NCBI RefSeq assembly: GCF_035084215.1 | Contig: NC_090330.1 | Span: forward strand, 76,880,001 to 76,944,000 | DNA length: 64,000 bases | DNA from: Heptranchias perlo | Taxonomy: Eukaryota | Direction of reading: 5' to 3' | Part shown: positions 25,487-36,560 of the stretch, piece after piece | How positions within the stretch are numbered: position 1 is the first letter of the stretch | How the letters are laid out: each line of letters opens with the position of its first letter | Made by a program: the position numbers and the translations under genes | The notes under the pieces: generated by a model | Told to the model about the DNA's origin: nothing | Database searches by the model: none | The model's input: only the letters and a program-made list of their open reading frames with translations

Positions 25487-25707
25487 TGGAGCGGCCCAGG
25501 GGGAAGGCTGCTCCCAATTTAATGATGCCTCACTCCAGGTATCAATACATGGGGTGAGGAGGAGGGGGAGGACAGAGATCCTCCTCCCGGCGTGCCACCA
25601 GGAAGGCCTGACTCGAGGTGGCAGAGGAGGTCATCAGCGCAACCAACATATCGCCCACCTGCATACAGTGCAGGAGGCGCTCCAATGACCTCAGTAGGTC
25701 AGCCAAA
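25487..25707 (+). pseudogene. Harbinger Myb/SANT-like DNA-binding protein, first exon (disrupted)
   Basis: MERPRGKAAP..FNDASLQV...EVAEEV...TCIQCRRRSNDLSRSAK followed by GTGAGT donor; TATTTAAA about 55 nt upstream. Confidence 0.7.
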
Positions 25708-26214
25708 GTGAGTACACGTAGTCTTTCCCCTACACTCCGGCTGCCACATCACTGCCCCCACCCCACATCTCCTTCAGCACTGCCAACACAACTCTGTCAC
25801 ATCACCCCTCATACCCACTCAAACCTCATCCTCATCTTACCTGCACTTACTCACCTCGCCAGTACTCATCCCGCCACTACCACTCAACCCAATCTCTCAT
25901 ACTCACCCTCTCGTGCATCTCTTTCACGGCCAGCCTCACTCAACCTGCCACTACCTGTGCTGCAGCCACAGGGCATGCATCACATATGTGCAGTAGGCAG
26001 CGTAGGGCAAACGTGTCGTGAGCATGAAGGGGATGCACAAGGGTGTTTGAGGGTTTGTCATGGGTGTTACTAATATTGAATTTCTGACCAACTCACATTA
26101 CATATTATATTGGCACCACTACTGCCATGTCTTCGCGAATCCTGTCTGGTTTGTGCAATAATGCCCTCTCCTGAGGATCACTATGAGGACCCACAACTGA
26201 TGCCACCCACTGTG

Positions 26215-26691
26215 TCACTGCAGAGTGGGTGTAGGTTTATTTGCAGGGCTCCTTTGCGCAGACGACTGAAAGACATCAGCGATGTCCCCGGTTGCACCCT
26301 GGAAGGATGCGGAGGAGAAGTTGTTGAGGGCCGTGGTGACTTTGACAGCGACAGGTAAGAAGATGATGCTCGGGCCAGCCAGGAGCAGCTTGGCATGAAG
26401 GAGGCTGCAGATGTCCACGACTACATGTCGAGTGACTCTGAGCCTCCGTGTGCACTGCTGCTCAGAGAGGTCCAGGAAGCTGAGCCTCGGTCTGTGGACT
26501 CTGTGGCAAGGGTAGTGCCCTCTGCGACGCATCTCTCTCTGCGGTAGCCCTCCCTCCTGCTGTACAGGTGGATGTGTCACAGCACTCTGTTGTCGAGCTC
26601 CACGTGTCAGAGGTGGACGGCGTGGATGGTAAGGCTGGTGATGCTGTTCGCCCTCCGAGGAGGTCATGACTGCAGCTACGGCGGCCCCCAT
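26215..26691 (-). pseudogene. Harbinger (HARBI1-like) transposase N-terminal fragment
   Basis: RVHRPRLSFLDLSEQQCTRRLR...LPVAVKVTTAL..FSSASFQ..GD...QSS matches the HARBI1-family N-terminal HTH region; DDE core absent. Confidence 0.8.
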
Positions 26692-27544
26692 CCGCAAGAT
26701 GTACATCTGAGGGGGTCCGCAAGGTAGGTACATGTCTCCGGACCCCGGGGTAAGTGTGCAGGTTGGTGACTTTGATTGTCAGGAGGAGGGTGGTGGAGGC
26801 CAAACTTTGTCCCAAGTGACAGTGGCCTCCTGCAATGGGTGAGAGTCTCTTTCCCCCCCCCCCCCCCCCCCCACCTGTCAAATGGACCTTTGCAGCTGCC
26901 ACAGGCTGACAGCTGCAACACGTCCATTTGACCTGGGAGTGTTTGCCCCAGTGTCGGAAACAGTCCCACTTTGTTCTGAAATCCCACATAATCCCTTAAT
27001 CAGGTCAGTTAATGACCTGAAATACCTACATAAATACTGTCAAGTGGCATCCCGCTGGCTTTAATTGCCTGAGGGATTCCCACCAGCGGGGGCTGCGCGC
27101 GCACGCCGGCGCGTCAGCGGGGAACCCGGACGTGCGCGGGTTCGGGGCGGGCTCCGGTACCGCGCCGGGATTCTCCGATTTTTGGAGCCCCCCCCCCGCG
27201 GGGAACGCACCCAATAGCGGGTGCTAAAATACAGCCCCAATAATCAGGCTTAGAAGTCTAATACCAATGGATCAGACAGAGCACGAGTTCGTTTAGAGGC
27301 AGAAAGTATACAAATCACATAACACTGCTCAGAATTCTAACAGCATTGCTTCATATCTCCTATTTTTTAGTTTTAAATTTCCCATAGAGTTTTGCTTGAA
27401 ATCTCCCATTTCTAGTTTTTTAAATTTTTAAATGACAGTCTGGCATGCTTGTCCTTGGGAAGATTTTCTATTGCATGTTATGAATGACAATTGCCATGGA
27501 GAACTTACTTCCTAGAAGGGGTTGGGTGAACTAATAATAGTAAT

Positions 27545-27655
27545 AGTAGGTACAGCACAGGAGGAGGCCATTCAGCCCATCGTGCCTGTGCTGGCTCTTT
27601 GAAAGAGCTGTCCAATTAATCCCATTCTCCTCCTCTTTTCCCATAGCCCTGTAAA
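27545..27655 (-). mobile_element. Short CR1 3'-end insertion
   Basis: tacagcacaggaggaggccattcagcccatcg...ccatagccctgtaa. Confidence 0.8.
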
Positions 27656-28373
27656 ACTGTTTATAAGCTAGCGTGTTAGTCGTCTGGTAAGATTTCAAAG
27701 TTTCCTTGTGGATGACAGTTGGCATAGATAAACCACCTCCTGGAAAGCTGATGATAAAGTGATTACATTTTGAGTCAGTAATAACCAGCTATCTTGGAGT
27801 AATTTTATGTCAATCGATACTTTTTTGATGTTTTTATGTGGGAGTTACAGTTTTCTAGGAATGGGGTAGTTTAATATTTATATGTTTCTGCAGTTTCAGG
27901 TTAAAAACACTCCTGGTGTCCCTTACTGAACTGTGTCTCAAAAGACTTCACATTGTTTTTGCAGGTATAATGTTTGAGTTTCTTGGTACAGTACAACAAA
28001 AAATGGTCTGGCAGTGGCTACAGAGCAAAACTTGATTCTGAATTAGGAGAGCACAGATTGACATCTTGTGAAAAATTTTTGTGTGATTGAGCATCAGGTG
28101 CTAACTGAGTTAGGTAAAATTGTAACTGAGAAAATGATTATTTTCTGTTACCTGCCCAAAGGACAGCTGTGTTACAAATTGTTTCTATATGTGGGCTGTC
28201 AGTTCTGTAGGTTGGTTACTGTAGTAAAATCTACTTTTTCAGTAAATTTTTGAATTTAGATTCCATTATAGTTTTTCTAGTGTTTTAAAGATCAAGTTTG
28301 AAAAATTGCTGTTGCAATGTACTCATCACATCCAAATTGATATTTTCTTGTTTTTTTAGGTACTGATCAGATT

Positions 28374-31300
28374 TTAGAATGGTCCCCGTGGATTGGAAGG
28401 TAGCAAATGTAACCCTGCTATTCAAGAAAGGAGGGAGAGAGAAAACAGGGAACTATAAGCTAGTTTGCCTGACATCAGTTGTAGGGAAAATGCTAGAATC
28501 TATTATTGAGGATGTGGTAACAGGGCACTTCGAAAATCATAATATGATTAGGCAGAGTCAGCATGGTTTTATGAAAGGGAAATCGTGTTTAACAAATCTA
28601 TTAGAATTTTTTGAGGGTATAACTAGCAGGGTAGATAAGGGGGAACGGGTGGATATAGTATAAGAACATAAGATCTAGGAGCAGGAGTAGGCCATTGGGC
28701 CCCTCGAGCTTGCTCCGCCATTCAACAAGGTCATGGCTGATCTATTTGGATTTTCAAAAGGCATTCGATAAGGTGCCACAAAAGAGGTGGTTATACAAGA
28801 TTAGGGCTCGTGGGATTGGTGGAAATATATTAGCATGGATTGATGATTGATTAACGGACAGAAAACAGAGTAGGAATAAACGGATAATTTTCGGGATGGC
28901 AGGTTGTAACTAGTAGGGTGCCGCAAGGAGCAGTGGTTGTGCCTCAACTGTTTACAATATATATCAATAACTTAGATGAGGGGACTGAGTGTAATATCAG
29001 CAAACTTGGATATGATACAAAGCTAGGTGGAAAAGTAAGCTGTGAGGAGGACGCAAAGAGGCTGCAAAGGGATATAAACAGGTTAAGTGAATGGGCGAGA
29101 AGGTGGCAGATGGAGTATAATGTGGGGAAATGTGAAATTATCCACTTCGGTAGGAAGAATAGAAAAGCAGAATATTTTTTTAAAAGGTGAGAGACTAAGA
29201 AGTTGATATTCAGAGCGATTTGAATGTCCTTTGAATGTCCTTTTATGTGCATCACATGAAAGTTAACATGCAGGTACAGCAAGCAGTTAGGAAGGCAAAT
29301 GGTATGTTAGCCTTTATTGCAAGGGGGTTGGAGTATAAGAGAATGGAGATCTTGTTGCAATTACATAGGGCTCTGGTGAGACCACATCTGGAATACTATG
29401 TACAGTTTTGGCCTCCTTTCCTAAGGAAGGATATACTTGCCTTCGAGAGGGTGCAATGATGATTCACCAGATTGATTCCTGGGATGAGAGGGTTGTCCTA
29501 TGAGAAGAGATTGTGTAGAATGGGCCGATATTCTCTGGAGTTTAAAAGAATGAGAAGGTGATCTCATGGAAACATAAGATTCTGAGAGAGCTTGACAGAG
29601 TAGATGCTGAGAGCCTGTTTTCCCGGGCTGGAGAGTCTAGAACTCACAGCAATGTGGTTGATTCTTAATCGCCCTCTGAAATGGCCAAGCAAGCCACTCA
29701 GTTGTAAAATCTCACTACAAAAAGTCATAATGAGAATAAAACCGAATGGACCACCCAGCATCGAACCACTAGGCACCGGACACAACAAAGGCAAACCAAG
29801 CCCCATCGACCCTGCAAAGTCCTCCTCACTAACATCTGGGGACTTATACTAAAATTGGAGAGCTGTCCCATTGGCTAGTCAAGCCAACAGCCTGACAAAG
29901 CCATACTCACAGCATCATACCTTTCAGCGTCCCAGACTCTTCCATCACCATCCCTGGATGTGTCATGTCCCAGCGACAGGACAGACCCACCAGAGTTGGC
30001 GGTACAGTGATATACAGTCAGGATGGAGTGGCCCTAGGAGTCCTCAACATTGACTCTGGACCCCATGAAATCTCATGGCATCAGGTCAAACAGGGGCAAG
30101 GAAACCTCCTGCTGATTACCACCTACCGCCCTCCCTCAGCTGATGAATCAGTCCTCCTCCATGTTGAGTACCACTTGGAGGAAACACTGAGGAAAGCAAG
30201 GGCACAGAATATACTCTGGGTGGGGGACTTCAATGTCCATCACCAAGAGTGGATCGGTAGCAACACTACTGACTGAGCTGGCCGAGTCCTGAAGGACAGA
30301 GCTGCCAGACTGGGCCTGCAGCATATAGTGGGAGAACCAACACGAGGGAAAAACCTACATGAACTCATCCTTGCAACCTGTCGCAGATGCATCTGTCCAT
30401 GACAGTATTGGTAGGAATGACCACTGCACAGTCCTTGTGGAGACGAAGTTCCGTCTTCACACTGAGGACACCATCCAATGTGTTGTGTGGCATTACCTCC
30501 ATGCTAAATGGGATAGATTCAGAACAGATCTATCAGCTCAAAACTGGGCATCCATGAGGTGCTGTGGGTCATCATCAGCAGCAGAATTGTATTCCAGGAC
30601 AATTGTATTCATGGCCTGGCCTATTCTTCATTCTGCCATTACCAACAAGCCAGGGGATCAACCCTGGTTCAATGAGGAGTGCAGAAGAGCATGCCAGGAG
30701 CAGCACCAGGCGTACCTAAAAATGAGGTGCCAACCTGGTGAAGCTACAACTCAGGACTACGTGCATGTTAAACAGCAGAAGCAACATGCTATAGACAGAG
30801 CTAAGCGATTCCGCAAACAATGGATCAGATCAAAGGTCTGCAGTCCTGCCACATCCAGTCGTGAATGGTGGTGGACAATTAAACAACTAACGGGAGGAGG
30901 AGGCTCTGCAAACATCCCCATCCTCAATGATGGCGGAGTCCAGCACGTGAGTGCAAAAGACAATGCTGAAGCGTTTGCAACCATCTTCAGCCAGAAGTGC
31001 TGAGTGGATGATCCATCTCAGCCTCCTCCCGATATCCTCACCATCACAGAAGCCAGCCTTCAGCCACGTGATATCAAGAAATGGCTGAGTGCACTGGATA
31101 CAACAAAGGCTATGGGCCCCGTCAACATCCCGGCTGTAGTGCTGAAGACTTGTGCTCCAGAACTAGCCGCACCTCTAGCCAAACTGTTCCAGTACAGCTA
31201 CAACATTGGCATCTACCTGACAATTTGCCCAGGTATGTCCTGTCCACAAAAAGCAGGACAAATCCAATCCGGCCAATTACCGCCCCATCAGTCTACTCTC

Positions 31301-32891
31301 AATCATCAGCAAAGTGATGGAAGGTGTCGTCGACAGTGCTATCAAGCGGCACTTACTCACCAATAACCTGCTCACCGATGCTCAGTTTGGGTTCCGCCAG
31401 GACCACTATGCTCCAGACCTCATTACAGCCTTGGTCCAAACATGTACAAAAGAGCTGAATTCCAGAGGTGAGGTGAGAGTGACTGCCCTTGACATCAAGG
31501 CAGCATTTGACCGAGTGTGGCACCAAGGAGCCCTAGGAAAATTGAAGTCAATGGAAATCGGGGAAAACTCTCCAGTGGCTGGAGTCATACCTAGCACAAA
31601 GGAAGATGGTAGTGGTTGTTGGAGGCCAATCATCTCAGCCCCAGGACATTGCTGCAGGAGTTCCTCAAGGCAGTGTCCTAGGCCCAGCCATCTTCAGCTG
31701 CTTCATCAATGACCTTCCCTCCATCATGTGGTCAGAAATGGGAAGTTCAGTTCCATTCGCAACCCCTCAGATAATGAAGCAGTCCGTGCCTGCGTACAGT
31801 AAGACCTTGACAATATCCAGGCATTGGGCTGATAAATGGCATGTAACATTCGCACCAGACAAGTGCCAGGAAATGATCATCTCCAACAAGAGAAAGTCTA
31901 ATCACCTCCCCTTCACATTCAGTGTCATTACCATCGCCGCATCCCCCACCATCAACATCCTGGGGGTCACCATTGACCAGAAACCTAACTGGACCAGCCA
32001 CTTAAATACTGTGGCTACAAGAGCAGGTCAGAGGCTGGGTATTCTGTGGCGAATGACTCACCTCCTGACTCCCCAAAGCCTTTCCACCATCTACAAGGCA
32101 CAAGTCAGGAGTGTAATGGAATACTCTCCATTTGCCTGGATGAGTGCAGCTCCAACAACACTCAAGAAGCTCGACACCATCCAGGACAAAGCAGCCCGCT
32201 TGATTGGCACCTCATCCACCACCCTAAACATTCACTCCCTTCACCACCAGCGCACTGTGGCTGCAGTGTGTACCATCTACAGGATGCACTGCAGCAAATC
32301 CCAAACTTAAAAGGACAAGGGCAGCAGGCACATGGGAACCACACCACCTACATTCCCCTCCAAGTCACACACCATCCCGACTTGGAAATATATCACCGTT
32401 CCTTCATCGTTGCTGGGTCACAATCCTCGAACTCCCTACCTTACAGCACTGGGAGAACCTTCACCACATGGACTGCAGCGGCTCAAGAAGGCGGCTCACC
32501 ACCACTTTCTGAAGGGCATTTAGGGATGGGCAATAAATGCTGGCCTTGCTAGCGACTCCCAAATCCCATGAACAAATAAAAAAAAATACTAGGGGTCATG
32601 CTCTCAAGATAAGTGGCTGGGCATTTAGGACTGAGATGGGAAAAAACTTCATCAATCGGGGGGTTGTGAATTCTCTTTGGAATACTCTACCCCAGAGGGC
32701 TGTGGATGTTCAGTGGTTGACTATATTCAAGACTCAGATCGACAGATCTTTAGACACGAAGGGAATCAAGGGATATGGTGGATAGAGCGAGAAAGTGGAG
32801 TTAGGATAGAATATCAACCGTGACATTATTGAATGGCGTAGCAAGCTTGAGGGGCATTATGCCTACTCTTGCTCATATTTGTTATGTTCTT
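28374..32891 (+). mobile_element. CR1 LINE split by an 80-bp CR1 tail (28661-28742) and by a family-B element (29645-32586)
   Basis: RT ORF pieces 28379-29459; gagtctagaact|aggggtcat is continuous across the insertion; tail at about 32890. Confidence 0.9.
29645..32586 (+). mobile_element. Near-complete ORF2 copy of the family-B non-LTR retrotransposon (APE plus RT, disrupted)
   Basis: APE motifs (YRPPS, GDFNVHH), RT motifs ([23 protein letters not shown]), poly-A end. Confidence 0.92.
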
Positions 32892-33639
32892 AAGTTGGAC
32901 AACTGGGGTTAGCCTATATATGCTTAGAGCATACTTCAGCTGAGCACCACCAACCTGATTGAGTTAAATATTTGTGAGGAAATGGTTTAAGCTAGTATAG
33001 TTTCATTCACCAGCACACAACACCAGGCTTACGCTAAGCTGGAGAGCATTTTTTCCTCAAGTTTACAACCTCCATCTACTCTTGGTTAAAAAATCATTGT
33101 CCTCACTTCCTGTTTAATGCTTGAGTGTGTTATTTTGTGACTTGAACAGCCTTTTTCTTTCTGAGGCAGTGCAGATCCATAACCACAGTCATAATCTGCC
33201 TGATGTGTACATACAGATCAATTTGAGTGTCCTGCAACCCCTTTGGCTATCGGGAACGTCATATAGTCATTGTGGGAAGGCAAAATAGATTACTGAAGTG
33301 CAGTATAAATCTATTATTGACACCCTACAAGTAAGCATGCATACTGTAGCCAAGTAAATCTGCTGGCTTTCGGTTTAAAGTGCGAAAGACAGGATGTTTG
33401 AAGTTGTTAATACCTCTCCCCTGCCCTTTACAGAAAAGATGATGGGTTTATATGTGCTGAAACAAAGCTGAAGAACTATATTTGGGCGAGTGGTATCTAT
33501 GGAAAAGTTGGTTCGTGGACTATTAGAGCAAGTGAATGTAGTGGAGATTTCATTCCGGGGAAATCTTTCTGGAAAGCCATAGAGAATTTTTAGAAGTTTC
33601 AAGAAGGGATACAGACCAGTCCCACAGACGAATAAAGCA

Positions 33640-34691
33640 ACAGCTTGACAAAAGTCAGACTGACAATCATCCCAAATTTTTTCATCACCATCCCTAGGTA
33701 TCCACTGGCAGAATAGACCCACAAGTAGTGTGAGCACAGTCATATACTGTCAGGTGGGAGTGGCACTGGGAGTCGCCAACATTGACTCTGGACCCCATGA
33801 AGTCTTATAGCACCAGGTCAAACAATGTCAAGGAGACCTTCTGCTGATTATCACCTACCGCAACTTCTCACCTGACAAATTACTACTTCTTCGTGTTGGA
33901 GGAAGATCTTGGAGAAGCAAGGGCACAGAATATAGTCTAGGTGGGAGATTTCATTGTCCACCACCAAGAGTGGCTTACTGCTACTTCCACTGACCAAGCT
34001 GGTCAAGTCCTGAAGCACATGACTGCCAGACGGCGCCTGCATCAGGTGGTGAGGGAACCAACAGGAGGAAATGACCTACTTGACCTTGTCCTCACCAACC
34101 TACCTGTCACAGACATGCCTGTCCATGATAGCATTGGTACAAGTGATGTAGTGCTTGTGAAGACAGGGTCTCATTTCCACCATAAGGGCTTCTTTCATTG
34201 TGTAATATGGCACTACCACTGTGGGAGTGGGACAGACCTAGCAGCCCAAAATTGGGCATCGATGAGGCACTGTGAGTCGTCATCAGCAGAATTGTATTCC
34301 AACTCGTGGCCTGGCATATCCCTCACTGCTTGTTCACCATCAAGCCAAGCGATCAAGCCTGATTCAATAGAGTGTAGGAGGGCGTGCTAGGAGCAGCACA
34401 GGTATACCTTAGGATGAGGTACAAACCTAGTGAAGTTACTACACCTGCATGCTAAGTATCAAAAGTAGCAGACTATAAACTGAGCTCAGCACTCCCCCAA
34501 CCAAAGGATCAGAGCAAAGCTCCATAGTCCTACCAGATCCAGTTGAGAATGGTGGTGGGCAACCAAGCAACTAATGGGAAGTGGAGACTCCATGAATATT
34601 GCCATCCTCAACCATGATGGAGCCAGCACGTGAGTGCAAGAGACCAGGCTGACTTGTTTGCAAGTGTCTTCACCCAAAAGCGCCGAGTGGA
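33640..34691 (+). mobile_element. Old degenerate family-B fragment (APE and linker)
   Basis: ORF 33941-34390 (GDFIVHHQEWL, LLDLVLTNLPV) collinear with 29880-31010. Confidence 0.85.
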
Positions 34692-34692
34692 T

Positions 34693-34766
34693 AGATGCTG
34701 CCTGACCTTCTGAGTGTTTCCAGCATTTTCTGTTTTTGATTGATTCCCAGCATCTGCAGTATTTTA
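34693..34766 (+). mobile_element. 3' remnant of the second PLE family
   Basis: agatgctgcctgacc..tgagt.tttccagcattttctgttttt matches 43058-43130. Confidence 0.65.
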
Positions 34767-34889
34767 CCTATTACTTGTTTCAACTTGAACTTCATCTTAT
34801 CTGTAAAATGGCATTATTTCAGCAAGACAAATTGGGAACTGTCTGCTATGAGTGCAAGTGTAAACCTATTTCCAAGAAAATTTACAATT

Positions 34890-34980
34890 AACAACAATAA
34901 CTTGCATTTATATAGCGCCTTTAACATAGAAAAATGTTCCAAGGTGTTTCACAGACGCATAATCAGACAAAAATGGACTT
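34890..34980 (-). mobile_element. L2-type 3' tail fragment
   Basis: acaacaataacttgcatttatatagcgccttt. Confidence 0.65.
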
Positions 34981-35881
34981 AAGATTTTTTTAGAAAATTC
35001 AGTAAAATTATTTTAACATCACAAAATTGTCATGCAATTACTGTAGAAGAAACTAAAGGAGAAGCAGCTCTGAAGTCATGTCCCAATTCTAATTGCTTTT
35101 GGGGAAAAGAAATAATTACAAGGTTCAGACATGCAGACCGAAAGAGTGTGACCTTTGAGTAGTACATTCTGAACTCTCAGTAATAAGCAACCCACAGAAT
35201 TTTAAGTTGATTGATTTGAGAGAAGCGCCATTAAAAAATTTCTATCAAATGGTGCGGAAGAAGATACAAAGAAATAAATTGCATGAAAATACTGTAGCAA
35301 TTATTCTGTTGAATGTCCAACAATGTTTGACTTAAATGGAAGGTGCTGTTACATCAAAAAGTTGTTTATTGGGGTTCACTTAGATTTTGTTTTACATTTT
35401 GATAGCATATACTTTATTTTTAAAATTGCAGCAGGATTACTGTAGCACCGATGACTATTAGTGTTTCAAATCTGCTGTATGAGAAAATGATTTGAATCAG
35501 TTTTTTAAAAATTAAATTTGACAGGTTGCCCCAAACAACTGCATGACCATTAATTTAAAGATTATTTTTAGTGTATATTATAGAAAGTGCACTAACAGTA
35601 GATGCACTTAACTAATATTTATTATTTCTTTGTGACTTCACATTCCATTAGTGTATTTTAACAATGCTGTTTTCATTGCCTATGAGCAATCTTCTCTCCA
35701 TGTCCATATTTCAATTTTTAGAGTTGCTTTAATCTGATGATCCTATCTGAAGTTGTGGTTCTTTATAGATTATTTGACAAGTTTTGAAATGGTATAATAT
35801 GCATCTAATGGCAAAGTTTAATTGTCTACAGCACAGAAGGAGGTTTATATAAAAAAATACATAATATTCAAAAAGAACACA

Positions 35882-36501
35882 CCGTGTTGTCCAATATATT
35901 AGACAGTTTCCTAGAAGTAAAGGGAATTAGGGGTTATGGGGAGCGGGCAGGAAATTGGACATGAAGCTGAGTTTGGATCGGTCAATGCCCTGTGGGTGGC
36001 GGAGAGGGCCCAGGGGCTATGTGGCCGGGTCCTGCTCCGACTTCTTGTGTTCTTTAGATTTGTGGTTGGGATCAGATCAGCCATAATCTTATTGAATGGC
36101 GGAGCAGGCTCGAGGGGCCGATTGGCCTACTCCTGCTCCAATTTCTTATGTTCTTATGTTCTTATTAGCCACTAACCACATGTGGCTAATTGTTCTGATC
36201 AGGAAATAAAAATTGAGTAATAAATGCTGTCGTTAGGCATGTGATCTCAATACTCCTATTCGCATGGGGAATGCATGTATGGTCTTTGTGCATTGTAAAA
36301 AGCAGATTGCACAATTGTTTTTTTGACTGTTGAGTGCTTTATTTCCTTGGTTACTGATTGGTTTGTGAAATAAATATGCACGTGAAGTACATATACCAGT
36401 ATTATGTAAGGCGTTTTCTACTAAAATTAGTGCATGTGGCTAAAACAGTGTTGCCATAGCCACACCTGTGGCTAGTCAGCAATTTCTATTGGACAGCACT
36501 G
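35882..36501. mobile_element. hAT-Charlie-type MITE resembling mammalian MER3/MER33, interrupted by a CR1 3' fragment
   Basis: TIRs ccgtgttgtccaata / tattggacagcactg; subterminal tagccactaaccacatgtggcta and tagccacacctgtggcta; right flank CTCTAGGT. Confidence 0.6.
35897..36168 (+). mobile_element. Young CR1 3' fragment with the complete double-module 3' UTR
   Basis: Near-identical to 2983-3047 plus 4648-4825; TSD TATTAG at 35897-35902 and 36163-36168. Confidence 0.92.
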
Positions 36502-36560
36502 CTCTAGGTCAAATACCAGGAGCTCCATCTGCAAATTAAAATGATCAGGGTGATCTGTTG

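Larger units (their letters stand above)
25195..27237. mobile_element. Internally deleted PIF/Harbinger DNA transposon
   Basis: TIRs GGGCCCGATGTTAGCA and GGGCTGTATTTTAGCA (12/16 match), 3-bp TSD CAA (25192-25194, 27238-27240), GC-rich subterminal regions, convergent Myb/SANT and transposase remnants. Confidence 0.88.

Noticed and set aside
25195-27237. GC/CpG-rich block as the nectin3 promoter or exon 1
   Set aside because: Bounded by TIRs and a TSD and encodes Harbinger remnants; no signal-peptide exon seen
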